This document shows, one piece after another, positions 19,465 to 29,937 of a stretch of DNA of 64,000 bases. The position numbers and the translations under genes were made by a program. Each line of letters begins with the position of its first letter. Within the stretch, counting starts at the first letter, position 1. Below the pieces are notes generated by a model that had not been told where the DNA came from, searched no databases, and worked only from the letters and a program-made list of their open reading frames with translations. The DNA is from Candidatus Poribacteria bacterium (GTDB lineage: Bacteria; Poribacteria; WGA-4E; WGA-3G): contig CAXXLX010000001.1 of assembly GCA_963665235.2 (NCBI GenBank), forward strand, positions 3,200,001 through 3,264,000, in the 5' to 3' direction.

Positions 19465-20541
19465 ATGGCTAAACTTAAGATTGCACATATCGGGACAGGA
19501 AACCGGGGTACTAAAACATATCTTCCACTTATTTCAAAACTGACAGACGACTTGGAACTCGTTGCAGTGTGTGATGTGCACGAAGGCAGGGTCACAGAGC
19601 AGGGTGAAAAGTATCAGGTGCCTGCCTACACAAACACTGAGGAGATGTTAGAGAAGGTGAAACCTGATATCTGCTCTGTCGTCATCACCGCGAGCAACAA
19701 TCATGTTCCAGGGCTCCTCTGTTCTCAGCATAGTGTCAGTTATTGCACAGAGACCCCGATAAACACCGACCTCGCCAGGGCGGATAAGATGATTGAAGCT
19801 GCCCAAGAGCACGGCACAAAGCTTGAGGTTAACGAAAATTACTACCGCCGCCCATCTGAACGGATAAAGCGGGAGATGATTTTGGCGGGGGTTTTCGGTA
19901 AAGTTAACGTTGCTTACAACGATTTCCGAGGACACGGTTACCACGGTATCGGACTCCTCCGAAGCTACGTAGGATTTGATAATGAACCCACACGGGTTTA
20001 CGGGTTCCGAAAAAGTTTTAAGGTGCAAGAACACGTGTGGCGACAGGGACATCCGCGACGGAAGGCGGAGGATTGGGAACATGCTGTAATTGAGTTCGAG
20101 GATGGTGCTGTCGCAATTTTCAACTTCAGTAGCCTCTCCTACGGTTCACCGCTGCGCGGATTTAACGGAACAAAATTCTACGCAGAACGCGGGATGTGTT
20201 TCCGAGAGGAGGCTGTTATCCTAAACGAAACTGCTGATGCCCAACGCCAAGTGACCGTATCACGTAAGACGAATAACGTCGACGGTTATGAAACCCTTGC
20301 GGCACTTGTAGCAGACACCGACCCCGAGGTCGTATGGGAAAACCCGCTGCAGAATTATCCGCTCAGCGATAGTGAAATCACTGTCGCCTCGGAGCTGATG
20401 AGCCTCGTGAATGCCGTTCGCAACGATACGGAACCTGAATATGGGGCATATAACGGCCGAAAAGATAGGGAAATTGATATCGCTATGGGCCGTTCAAGGG
20501 CAAATGAAGGGGCACCTGTTACCTTTCCGCTTGAATACTAA
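19465..20541 (+). CDS. Gfo/Idh/MocA oxidoreductase
   Basis: IGTGNRG, ETP motif; AAGGAG RBS before ATG 19465. Confidence 0.85.
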   Translation: MAKLKIAHIGTGNRGTKTYLPLISKLTDDLELVAVCDVHEGRVTEQGEKYQVPAYTNTEEMLEKVKPDICSVVITASNNHVPGLLCSQHSVSYCTETPINTDLARADKMIEAAQEHGTKLEVNENYYRRPSERIKREMILAGVFGKVNVAYNDFRGHGYHGIGLLRSYVGFDNEPTRVYGFRKSFKVQEHVWRQGHPRRKAEDWEHAVIEFEDGAVAIFNFSSLSYGSPLRGFNGTKFYAERGMCFREEAVILNETADAQRQVTVSRKTNNVDGYETLAALVADTDPEVVWENPLQNYPLSDSEITVASELMSLVNAVRNDTEPEYGAYNGRKDREIDIAMGRSRANEGAPVTFPLEY

Positions 20542-20581
20542 GCAAAATATCGTTAATGACCCCGCGTCAGGTACATTTCCC

Positions 20582-20610
20582 TTGCTATTTTCATCTAAAA
20601 TGGATACAAT
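20582..20610 (+). promoter_or_regulatory. Sigma70-like promoter of paralog array
   Basis: TTGCTA-17nt-TACAAT. Confidence 0.55.
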
Positions 20611-20650
20611 ATAGGGAGAAGCAAATCAAAAATTGGAGGAGAACACAGTT

Positions 20651-21541
20651 TTGAAAAAATTTCGCACGATTTTCAGTTTACTGCTCATATTCGGTTTCAG
20701 TGCAACGTTGCTTGGAAACGAATGGGCAAACTACTATTTTCCCGACAAACTCGGCAGCTACTGGGTTTACGAGGACCAGGATGGAGACGAACTAACACGC
20801 ACCGCTATTGAGGCGACAGAAATTGATGGCGAAACCTATCGCGCCTTCAACTATGACCCGGAGCTGGACGATTGGAAAGATTACGAATACTACATCCGAC
20901 CGAACTTTTATCACGTCGGTGAAGAGTGGGTCTCTTTTTTCGTCGGTGAGGATGTTGAAAGCTCAACGGAGGCACTCCTAACGCAGCAATTGGAGAAAGG
21001 ATTTGCAGAACTAGAGCAACAAATGGCGAGTCAATTGCCACCCGGCGTTACCGTTGATTTCCAGCACACTGTTGAAAGCAAAGCACAAGATTATTTCTAT
21101 CTTTTTCCAACACCCGCTACCTTTAATGAAGAGTGGACAGCTATGCAGATAGATGTCACAATAACGATGAGTCTTGACATTCAAGGAGCACCTATCCAAG
21201 TTCCCCCGGAACTTAAAAATATCACTAGCACCGCTACTGTTGTGGAAACAGGGAACGTTACTGGAACCGAAACCGTTGAAACAGCAGCAGGGACGTTTGA
21301 GGAGTGTTTAAAAATTGAGTTCCGGACAGAAACAACCACGGATGTTGCCGTACCTGATGAGCTTAAACAGCAACTCCCCGAACAACAATCGGACGAATCC
21401 TTTACAACGATTTGGTTGGCACCCAACGTCGGAATTGTCAAATTTGAACACAAACATGAGCAGTCCGACGAGGTGAGAACGCTTGAATTGACGAAATATG
21501 AAATCAAATCGGATGAATCTGAGAACGGAGATAGTGAGTAA
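20651..21541 (+). CDS. Secreted acidic protein, tandem paralog 1
   Basis: Signal peptide; [17 protein letters not shown], [27 protein letters not shown]; TTG start after GGAGGAG. Confidence 0.75.
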   Translation: MKKFRTIFSLLLIFGFSATLLGNEWANYYFPDKLGSYWVYEDQDGDELTRTAIEATEIDGETYRAFNYDPELDDWKDYEYYIRPNFYHVGEEWVSFFVGEDVESSTEALLTQQLEKGFAELEQQMASQLPPGVTVDFQHTVESKAQDYFYLFPTPATFNEEWTAMQIDVTITMSLDIQGAPIQVPPELKNITSTATVVETGNVTGTETVETAAGTFEECLKIEFRTETTTDVAVPDELKQQLPEQQSDESFTTIWLAPNVGIVKFEHKHEQSDEVRTLELTKYEIKSDESENGDSE

Positions 21542-21587
21542 TTCTAATAGGCGTTCGGTTCGGTGATATTTTAAAGGTGGCAAGTTC

Positions 21588-22553
21588 ATGTTAAAAAAAT
21601 TGTGCTTTCTCCTCACGTTTTTCTTAATCTTCTGTTTCAGCGTGTCCCTAATAGGCGACGAATCCACGCAAAAATACTTTCCAGGCACATTAGGAAGTAT
21701 TTGGGTTTACGAGGACCAAGATGGCAACGAACTAACACGCACCGCTGTTGAAGGTGAAGAAATCGCAGGTGAGATGTATCACGCGTTTAGTTATGAACCG
21801 GCGTTAGAAGATTGGACAGATTTTAACCGTTACCTGCACCTGCCGCGCTATCATGTCGGAACGGAGTGGATTAAGTTTGTTGTCAAGGAGGAGTTAGAGA
21901 CAGCTGTGAAAGCACGTCTTACCCAGGAGATGGAGGCTTTCGCCAAATTTACAAAGAGCGTTGTAGAGAACAACGCTCCCGCGCAATTGAACCTTACCTT
22001 TAACGTCAACTACAATATAGGGGTGGAAGCGGCGGACCAATTCAATTTCCTTGCGGTTCAAGCGGCACCCGATGAAGAATGGGACACAACCCAGATAAAT
22101 GCTACAATCACAATCACGTTCGATGTCCAAGGTTTGCCGGAGGCTCTTCAGAATAACGCTGAAACCGCAACAAGCACGCTCAATTTTGCTATTCTTGAAA
22201 TAGGGAAACATCTCGGAACAGAAACCGTTGAAACACCCGCCGGCACCTTCGAAGATTGTTTGAAAATCGAATACCGAACGGAAACAGAGGTGAAAACCTC
22301 CGAACCTATCGAACCAGGGGCTGTCCCGGGAGAATCGGTTACGACTTTATGGTTAGCTCCAAATATCGGGCTCGTCAAGTTGCATCAGGAGGCTGAGAAA
22401 ATTTTCCTGAGTGCTATGGCAAACAAGGAGTTAGAGGGTGCGGCCGTATCTGAGCAGGAGTGGGACGAAATTACCTCTGCCTCGGTTACGACTTATGAAT
22501 TAAAAAGATACGAAATAGCTTCTGATACGTCTCAAGACGATAGCAGCAATTAA
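21588..22553 (+). CDS. Secreted acidic protein, tandem paralog 2
   Basis: Same conserved blocks as neighbours. Confidence 0.8.
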   Translation: MLKKLCFLLTFFLIFCFSVSLIGDESTQKYFPGTLGSIWVYEDQDGNELTRTAVEGEEIAGEMYHAFSYEPALEDWTDFNRYLHLPRYHVGTEWIKFVVKEELETAVKARLTQEMEAFAKFTKSVVENNAPAQLNLTFNVNYNIGVEAADQFNFLAVQAAPDEEWDTTQINATITITFDVQGLPEALQNNAETATSTLNFAILEIGKHLGTETVETPAGTFEDCLKIEYRTETEVKTSEPIEPGAVPGESVTTLWLAPNIGLVKLHQEAEKIFLSAMANKELEGAAVSEQEWDEITSASVTTYELKRYEIASDTSQDDSSN

Positions 22554-22587
22554 ACCTATTCAAAAAACCTAAAAGGGAGATATCTCA

Positions 22588-23445
22588 ATGTTAAAAAAAT
22601 TGTGTACGGCTTCGATATTTTTGTTCGTTTTTAGTTTCAGCGTAACGTTGTTGGGCGATGAATCGGCACAAACATATTTTCCGGGTACGCTCGGCAGCTA
22701 TTGGGTTTACGAAGACCAGGATGGCAACGAACTAACACGCACCGCCGTTGAAGGTGAAGAAATCGCAGGTGAAATATATCACGCGTTCAGTTATGAACCT
22801 GAGTTAGAAGATTGGGCAAATTATAGTCCTTTTATCTTTCCTTCTCTGTATCAAGTGAGTGATGAGGGAATCACAATCGTTGCCAGCGATGCGGTAGAAG
22901 AGGCATTCAAAGCCCGTTTTACCAAAGAGGTAGCTGACCTTACTACTATACTGGGAGAAGAAATGCCGGAGTTAACGTTTGACATCCAAGGGGAAGCCCC
23001 CCTGTTTTTGCTCCCGAACGATATTGTCGTCGATGAGGAGTGGGATGCAAACCAGTTCGCAGCTAATATTCGTTTTGAACCCGTAGGTAGCATGGATTTC
23101 ACTATTATAGAAACAGGCATCGTTCTTGACACGGAAACCGTTGAAACAGTAGCGGGAACATTTGAAGACTGTCTGAGGGTTGTATATCGAACAGAAACAA
23201 CCGCAGTCCTAACCCCTCAACCACCACCTGGTGAAGTAGATGCACCGGGCGAGACCGTAACAACATTGTGGTTTGCCCCTAACGTCGGTATTGTAAAATA
23301 TCATCAGCAGATGGATTATATTTTTTTAGAGATGATACCGGATGAGGAGGATTTGCCGATACCGCCTGGCCCCACGCTGCGAACGTTGGAGCTAAAGAGA
23401 TATGAAATCAAAACCGCAACACCTGAGAATGACGGTAGCAAGTAG
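22588..23445 (+). CDS. Secreted acidic protein, tandem paralog 3
   Basis: Same conserved blocks as neighbours. Confidence 0.8.
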   Translation: MLKKLCTASIFLFVFSFSVTLLGDESAQTYFPGTLGSYWVYEDQDGNELTRTAVEGEEIAGEIYHAFSYEPELEDWANYSPFIFPSLYQVSDEGITIVASDAVEEAFKARFTKEVADLTTILGEEMPELTFDIQGEAPLFLLPNDIVVDEEWDANQFAANIRFEPVGSMDFTIIETGIVLDTETVETVAGTFEDCLRVVYRTETTAVLTPQPPPGEVDAPGETVTTLWFAPNVGIVKYHQQMDYIFLEMIPDEEDLPIPPGPTLRTLELKRYEIKTATPENDGSK

Positions 23446-23502
23446 TGAAGGCGGCCTGATATGCCGTTTCAATTTTCCAATATCAATTTGGAGGTATCCC
23501 TC

Positions 23503-24399
23503 ATGCTGAGAAAAGTTTCGCTCGTTTTAGCAGCATTGCTTGTCTTTAGTTTTAGCGTAACCTTGTCGGGTGATGAATCGGCACAAACATATTTTCCAAG
23601 CACGCTCGGCAGCTATTGGGTTTACGAAGACCAAGATGGCAACGAGCTAACACGCACCGCCGTTGAAGACGAAGAAATCGCAGGTGAGACATATCACGCG
23701 TTTAGTTATGAACCCGCCTTCGAAGAAAAATGGGAGCACTATGAATACTACGTTCACCCTACGCTTTTCAAGGTAGACGAGACAGGCATTAAGTTTCTTA
23801 TCGGCGATGAAGTCGTCAAAACCTACAAAGAACGACTTACAAAAGAATTGATGGCTGCTTTTGCAAGCCCCCCTGGTGCTAATGTGCCCGCATTTGATAT
23901 AGAGGTTGAGGTGGAAACGCAACCGCATTTCTACCTGCTGCCAACACCTGTTAGTCCTAATGAGGAATGGGATACAACGCGAATCAAACCAACGGTTAAG
24001 GTAAAGATGGATTTTGCACAAAATAATTCTGAAGTGGATTCGGAGTTAGCAGGAGTGTTCCGTAGTACTACAATCTATTTCACTATTTTGGAAACAGGAA
24101 ATATCTTCGCAACAGAGGCCGTTGAAACGCCTGCTGGCGTATTTAAAGACTGTTTGAAAATTGAATACCGCACGGAGACTGTAATGCCAGCACCTTTAGG
24201 TTCGAACTATTTTGAGGCGGGGGAATCCGTTTCAACGTTGTGGCTAGCACCAAATGTAGGTATAGTAAAATTTCACCAGGAATCTGAAAAACCTATTATA
24301 GGAGAAGAGATGGGACAGGTTGAAACCATGACCACTCAAATCAAAACGCTCGAATTAAAAAAATACGAAATCAAATCGGATGTGCCGGAGGCTGAATGA
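23503..24399 (+). CDS. Secreted acidic protein, tandem paralog 4
   Basis: Same blocks; GGAGG RBS before ATG 23503; stop overlaps hemB start. Confidence 0.8.
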   Translation: MLRKVSLVLAALLVFSFSVTLSGDESAQTYFPSTLGSYWVYEDQDGNELTRTAVEDEEIAGETYHAFSYEPAFEEKWEHYEYYVHPTLFKVDETGIKFLIGDEVVKTYKERLTKELMAAFASPPGANVPAFDIEVEVETQPHFYLLPTPVSPNEEWDTTRIKPTVKVKMDFAQNNSEVDSELAGVFRSTTIYFTILETGNIFATEAVETPAGVFKDCLKIEYRTETVMPAPLGSNYFEAGESVSTLWLAPNVGIVKFHQESEKPIIGEEMGQVETMTTQIKTLELKKYEIKSDVPEAE

Positions 24400-25373
24400 G
24401 CACTTTTCCCATCTATCGCCCTAGACGGCTACGCGCAAATGAAAACCTGCGCCGACTCGTCCGAGAAACCGGACTCTCTGTGGATGACCTCATCTATCCG
24501 ATGTTTGTCGTACATGGACAAAACAGGGCAATAGAAATATCCTCTATGCCGGGGTGTTATCAATACTCAGTGGATAGACTCGTAGATGCTGCGGCGGAGC
24601 TTGCATCGCTTGGCATCCCTGGCATTATCCTGTTCGGCATTCCTGAAACGAAAGACCCGGTAGGGTCTGAAGCATACGCCGAAGATGGCATCATTCAACA
24701 AGCAGTCCGTGCTATTAAAGCCGCAGTGCCCGAGCTCCTTGTCATAACAGATGTCTGTCTCTGTGAATACACCGACCATGGCCACTGTGGCATCGTTGAA
24801 GCGGGAGAGGTGCAAAACGACCCAACGCTTGCGTTGCTGGTGAAAGAGAGTTTATCACATGCACGTGCCGGTGCCGATGTGATTGCTCCATCGGATATGA
24901 TGGATGGGCGCGTCGGTGCAATTCGCAATGCATTGGACGAGGCGGGTTATGAAAATATCCCGATAATGGCGTATTCGGCAAAATACGCATCCGCTTTCTA
25001 CGGACCATTTCGTGAGGCGGCAGAATCCGCACCGCAATTTGGCGACCGGCGTTCATATCAGATGGATACTGCGAATTCGGAGGAAGCCTTACGCGAAGTG
25101 ATGTTGGATATTGAGGAGGGCGCGGACATTGTCATGGTCAAGCCTGCACTCTCCTATCTTGACGTTATCTATCGAGTCAAAACAGAATTTCGGGTACCGG
25201 TCGCTGCATACAACGTCAGCGGAGAATATGCGATGATTAAAGCAGCCGCGCAGAACGGGTGGGTTGATGAAAAGCGGGTTGCCCTGGAGGTATTGACAAG
25301 CATCAAACGCGCAGGTGCGGACATGATTTTGACCTACTTTGCAAAGTCCGTTGTGGAATGGCTGAACGGTTAG
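24396..25373 (+). CDS. hemB: Porphobilinogen synthase
   Basis: [14 protein letters not shown] Zn site, SDMMDGR, YSAKYAS, MVKPAL. Confidence 0.97.
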   Translation: MSTFPIYRPRRLRANENLRRLVRETGLSVDDLIYPMFVVHGQNRAIEISSMPGCYQYSVDRLVDAAAELASLGIPGIILFGIPETKDPVGSEAYAEDGIIQQAVRAIKAAVPELLVITDVCLCEYTDHGHCGIVEAGEVQNDPTLALLVKESLSHARAGADVIAPSDMMDGRVGAIRNALDEAGYENIPIMAYSAKYASAFYGPFREAAESAPQFGDRRSYQMDTANSEEALREVMLDIEEGADIVMVKPALSYLDVIYRVKTEFRVPVAAYNVSGEYAMIKAAAQNGWVDEKRVALEVLTSIKRAGADMILTYFAKSVVEWLNG

Positions 25374-25464
25374 CGTGCATCGCAACCTCTTACAACAGTA
25401 GGCATCAGAGCCCTTAACCCTAAACCGATAGCAAACATTGAGGAAATATTAAAAAAAAGGAGAG

Positions 25465-25668
25465 GTAAGCCCAACCAACGGGCGGGCTGGATATACGGAA
25501 AAAGACGCTTTTCTTCTTAAGTTGACACTCGTAGTTAAAAGGAGAAGTAAGCCCAACCAACGGGCGGGCTGGATATACGTGAAGAAGACGCTTTTCTTCC
25601 TATAGTTAAAAAGAAGGGTAAGCCCAACCAACGGGCGGGCTGGATATACGGAAAAAGACGCTTTTCTT
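25465..25668. repeat. Three tandem copies of 33-nt core plus small downstream hairpin
   Basis: gtaagcccaaccaacgggcgggctggatatacg at 25465, 25547, 25618, each followed by gaa(a/g)aagacgcttttctt. Confidence 0.9.
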
Positions 25669-25706
25669 ACGTATACCCTTAACGAACCGCAAGGAAATAT
25701 TAAAAA

Positions 25707-26990
25707 ATGGAAGATAGTAAATCTTTAGCTGCATGGCAACAATCACAGCAATTTATTCCCGGTGGGGTCAACAGTCCTGTGCGAAACTTCAGCAAAGTCG
25801 GCAGGCATCCCCGCTTTATAGACCGGGGTGCTGGTTCAAAAGTATACGACATCGATGGAAACGAATATATCGATTATCTCGCCTCTTGGGGACCGTTAAT
25901 ATTAGGGCATGCGCATCCGGTCGTTGTAGACGCTATCAACGCCGCAGCACTACGTGGTACCAGTTTCGGCGCGCCGACGACATTGGAAACAGAACTCGCT
26001 GAAATTATCGCTAACGCCGTCCCTTCTATTGAGCAGGTGCGCCTTGTTAGCTCCGGAACAGAAGCCACGATGAGCGCGATTCGATTGGCACGCGGATATA
26101 CCGGACGCGATAAAATCATCAAGATAGATGGATGTTACCACGGTCATGTTGACTATCTATTGGCAAAAGCGGGGTCCGGCGTTGCCACCTTTGGGCTTTC
26201 AGATAGCGGCGGCGTGCCAGAGGATTTCGCACGCAATACCCTCACTGTGCCGTTTAACGATGCCGATGCAGTGAAAACGACTATTGATGCCAATCCGGAG
26301 GGAATCGCATGCCTCATTCTTGAACCGATTATGGGCAACATGGGAATTATCCCGCCGCGTGACGGGTATCTAGCACAGCTCCGTGAAATTACCGAGGCAC
26401 ACGGCATTGTGCTTATCTTCGATGAGGTCATTACAGGTTTCCGAGTCGCGTATGGCGGCGCGCAAACCTATTATAACGTTACACCGGACATGACCTGCTT
26501 AGGCAAAATTATCGGAGGCGGTTTACCGGTTGGAGCTTATGGCGGAAAACGGGAGATAATGCGATGCGTTGCCCCCGAAGGCGATGTCTATCAGGCGGGC
26601 ACGCTCTCCGGTAATCCCTTAGCGGTCACCGCAGGCATAACCACTTTGAAACAGTTGGGTGAACCGGGGGTTTATGCGCAGCTGGAAAATAGGGCAGCTG
26701 CCCTTGCGGATGGTCTTGCCGCTGCAACGCAAAAGCATGGCATAGATGCATGGCATAGCCGCGTCGGTTCAATGCTGATGCTCTACTTCACACCCGAAAC
26801 GGTTACCGATGCCGATGGTGCAAGAACTGCCGATACAGAACGATACCGTCAATATTTCTGGGGACTTGTAGAACGCGGGGTCTATGTTGCCCCCTCTCAA
26901 TTTGAAGCTGGATTTGTCTCTTTAGTTCATTCCGAAGAGGATATTGAGAAAACCGTCCAAGCTGCAACGCAAGTATTATCCACTTTTTAA
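25707..26990 (+). CDS. hemL: Glutamate-1-semialdehyde 2,1-aminomutase
   Basis: [46 protein letters not shown]. Confidence 0.97.
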   Translation: MEDSKSLAAWQQSQQFIPGGVNSPVRNFSKVGRHPRFIDRGAGSKVYDIDGNEYIDYLASWGPLILGHAHPVVVDAINAAALRGTSFGAPTTLETELAEIIANAVPSIEQVRLVSSGTEATMSAIRLARGYTGRDKIIKIDGCYHGHVDYLLAKAGSGVATFGLSDSGGVPEDFARNTLTVPFNDADAVKTTIDANPEGIACLILEPIMGNMGIIPPRDGYLAQLREITEAHGIVLIFDEVITGFRVAYGGAQTYYNVTPDMTCLGKIIGGGLPVGAYGGKREIMRCVAPEGDVYQAGTLSGNPLAVTAGITTLKQLGEPGVYAQLENRAAALADGLAAATQKHGIDAWHSRVGSMLMLYFTPETVTDADGARTADTERYRQYFWGLVERGVYVAPSQFEAGFVSLVHSEEDIEKTVQAATQVLSTF

Positions 26991-27188
26991 AACCGCGATG
27001 TGTGTGGAAGAGTGGAAGGTTGGAAGAGTGGAAGAAGGGAGGGGTGGAAGGATGAAGCGAAAGAAGTTGTCTGAATCGCGGATTATCGCGGATTACACAG
27101 ATTTCGCGGATTGTCCGGTGCGTAACAATCCAAGCTTATAGGTTAGGGGGTTGTGTGTTTCTATAAACATATCACCCATACTGGGTTA

Positions 27189-27306
27189 GTGGTCTACTCG
27201 GCAAATTCTTATGCCTTATGAGTTTACGGATAATAGCCGTGACATCGCACTGTGCATGTGATTATGGCGTGTCTATTTTACGATATAAACTTAGCGAGTG
27301 AACCAC
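27189..27306. mobile_element. 118-bp MITE with TTA target duplication
   Basis: tta|gtggtctactcg...cgagtgaaccac|tta; 10/12 TIR match. Confidence 0.55.
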
Positions 27307-27476
27307 TTAGTCCCAGTATTCGGGCGACAAGCCCGCTCCTCAAGGACGATATATTTATAGAAAACAACGCAACCCAGACAGACTAAACCCCGTAGGGGTG
27401 ATATGTTTATAGAATGTTGACTTATGGCCGTATGTGAAGACGATGAATCAAATAAATTTGGTATTAGAGGAGCTGA

Positions 27477-28457
27477 ATGTCCAATTTTAATGGAATTGTC
27501 CAATTAATTGCCGATGACCTCAAGGCTGTTGAGGCGAAATTGACTGAAAATACAGCGAGTGAATATAGTTTTGTAGATATGGCAGTCCAGCACGTAGTAG
27601 CGGGCGGCGGCAAACGGATTCGGCCCGTGCTCGTTGTACTTTCCGCCAAAACGTGTGGATACGAAGGGGCAGCCGCACATACACTTGCTGCCGTTGTTGA
27701 GCTCATTCATGTGGCATCGCTCGTTCACGACGATGTTCTAGACGAAGCTGCTATCCGCCGCGGGCGAGAAACGTTACAAACGAAATGGGGCAATAAGGTT
27801 GCCGTACTCGTCGGGGATTATCTCCATGCACGCGTGCTCTCTATGTTAGTGTACCGCCACGCGGATGACCCCGCCATGGAAATTCTTGCTGATACCACGC
27901 AAGCGATGTGTGAAGGTGAAGTCATACACGCCTATAAAAGCGGTGACTTCAATATATCCGAAGCCGAATATCTCAAGATTGTCAGCTTCAAAACAGGAAA
28001 ACTTATCGCCGCCTCCTGCACGCTCGGCGCACATCTCGGAACGACCGACCCACAACAGATTGAAGCACTTACAACCTACGGACAGCAAATCGGCACCGCT
28101 TTTCAAATCGTGGATGACCTGCTCGATTTCGTGGAAGACCCGGAGAAATTAGGAAAAAACGCCTTCAGCGACCTTCGCGAGGGAAAACTCACATTTCCCA
28201 TTATCCACACCCGGAAAGTTTGTGATGATGCAGAGAAGCAAGCACTTGAGAAAGCACTCAATCCTAACACGGACGAAGCGGAAGCAATTGCGTTTGTAGA
28301 AACACTGTTTCAACGGTACGGAGTCGAACCCTACTGTTTAAAGGTCGCACAAGGTTATGCCGACCGTGCCAAAGCCGCACTCACAACGTTACCAGAGAAC
28401 GATGCCCGAATTGCACTAGAACAGCTTGCTGACTACGTTGTCTCGCGAGATTCATGA
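27477..28457 (+). CDS. Long-chain polyprenyl diphosphate synthase
   Basis: GGKRIRP, HDDVLD and VDDLLD aspartate-rich motifs, KTG. Confidence 0.92.
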   Translation: MSNFNGIVQLIADDLKAVEAKLTENTASEYSFVDMAVQHVVAGGGKRIRPVLVVLSAKTCGYEGAAAHTLAAVVELIHVASLVHDDVLDEAAIRRGRETLQTKWGNKVAVLVGDYLHARVLSMLVYRHADDPAMEILADTTQAMCEGEVIHAYKSGDFNISEAEYLKIVSFKTGKLIAASCTLGAHLGTTDPQQIEALTTYGQQIGTAFQIVDDLLDFVEDPEKLGKNAFSDLREGKLTFPIIHTRKVCDDAEKQALEKALNPNTDEAEAIAFVETLFQRYGVEPYCLKVAQGYADRAKAALTTLPENDARIALEQLADYVVSRDS

Positions 28458-28461
28458 GACA

Positions 28462-28597
28462 GGACTTACGCAGCACGTTGATAAATCCTTATGATAATGG
28501 GATGTAAAGGGAGAACTAGCGGGCGGGAGGACCCCGCCCTTGAGGAGCGGGCTGCTTGCCCGAATACTGAGCTTATGTTCTAAATTTGCGTAAGTCC
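28462..28597. mobile_element. GGACTTACGCA-TIR MITE (copy carrying a hairpin insert)
   Basis: Inverted homolog of 15897-16006, 26 nt longer. Confidence 0.75.
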
Positions 28598-28745
28598 CGA
28601 TGAGAAATTGTCTACTATAGGTCGGGGCGGTGAATCTCTCCAGAGACCACCCGATGCAATTAAGAATACATCAGAAACCTCCGTCGAGATTTACCACACG
28701 GCACTATAACTGCAAAAACTACCGTACTCCGCAAGGAATATTCAA

Positions 28746-29912
28746 TTGTTTTATCCGGCTTACCTAAATATTCAGAATCGAAAATGCCTCGTTGTTGGAG
28801 GTGGGACCGTCGCAGAACGGAAAGTTGTCTCCATGCTTCTCAGCGGGGGTGATGTCACGTTCATCAGTCCTGAGGCGACAGACCTATTGACGTTCCTTGC
28901 ACAGCACAGCAAAATCTGCTGGCACAAACGGCAACTACAATCGGGCGACACGAACGGATATTTCCTCGTCTCTGCTGCAACCGATTCCACGGCTATCAAC
29001 ACTGCTGCTTTCAGAGAGGCGTACGAAGTGAACAAAATCCGATTGGTAAATGTGGTAGATGTTATTCCACAATGCACCTTTGCTGCTGCTTCTGTCGTAA
29101 CGGATGGCGAGCTCATGATTAGCATCTCCACGAGTGGCAAAAGTCCTGCAACGAGCCGCCGTATCCGCGAATACCTTGAGGAGGTGCTGAAGACGACATC
29201 GTTATATACACTTGGATATGATGCGAACGGAAAACCGATGCCGATTGAAAATCAACAGCTGCCGTATCCCGTTTATCTCCTATTAGAAAATCGTCTGTGC
29301 GTTGTGCTATCTTCTACGAACGACACGGGGAACGTGCCTACGACTTCACAGGAAACGTCAGCACTTGAAAACCGAGTCTCACTGTTACAGCAATGCGGTG
29401 CTAAAGTCCTTCACAATCCCCCTCACTTTGATGACGCGTTCCTTGTCATTTCCGACAGTGAGATTTCGGAGGCTTCGGATATGCCGTTACGAGAACAGCT
29501 GGATAACCGCGACGCTGGCACTTTCTTCACACCCCATCTCATAATAGATGACAACCTGATAATTAGTATTGCGACACGGAACGAGGCATCTGCGTCCAAA
29601 GCGAAACAGCTCCATCAAGTGCTTACCGAACAATTTGAAAACAGCGGTTATGGCGCGTTTGTCTCGTTCCTCGGAACGTTACGCCCGGCAGTCCTCAGAA
29701 CATTTCCTACATCAAAAATGCGTGGTGATTTCTTTGAAACCCTTATTGGACACGTTACAACGGACACCTCACCGAGAACGACCTGTTGCCTTGGGTTCGG
29801 AAATCCTGCATGTTCTGCCGACTGCCTTTTCAATTGGGTACGGCACGGCAAACTTGAGCACGCTAACACCTTTGCCTCGGAACTTTTGGCAAACAAACAT
29901 AGCACGACATAG
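28746..29912 (+). CDS. Precorrin-2 dehydrogenase/sirohydrochlorin ferrochelatase (SirC/Met8/CysG-N type), extended
   Basis: LVVGGGTVAERK, LVNVVD, ISISTSGKSPA; second degenerate copy of the N-terminal module. Confidence 0.8.
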   Translation: MFYPAYLNIQNRKCLVVGGGTVAERKVVSMLLSGGDVTFISPEATDLLTFLAQHSKICWHKRQLQSGDTNGYFLVSAATDSTAINTAAFREAYEVNKIRLVNVVDVIPQCTFAAASVVTDGELMISISTSGKSPATSRRIREYLEEVLKTTSLYTLGYDANGKPMPIENQQLPYPVYLLLENRLCVVLSSTNDTGNVPTTSQETSALENRVSLLQQCGAKVLHNPPHFDDAFLVISDSEISEASDMPLREQLDNRDAGTFFTPHLIIDDNLIISIATRNEASASKAKQLHQVLTEQFENSGYGAFVSFLGTLRPAVLRTFPTSKMRGDFFETLIGHVTTDTSPRTTCCLGFGNPACSADCLFNWVRHGKLEHANTFASELLANKHSTT

Positions 29913-29937
29913 CCTTGGCGGACTCCGTGAGACCTTT

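Noticed and set aside
25465-25668. Possible mini-CRISPR
   Set aside because: Intervening sequences are related to each other and unequal in length; a solo copy exists elsewhere; no cas genes
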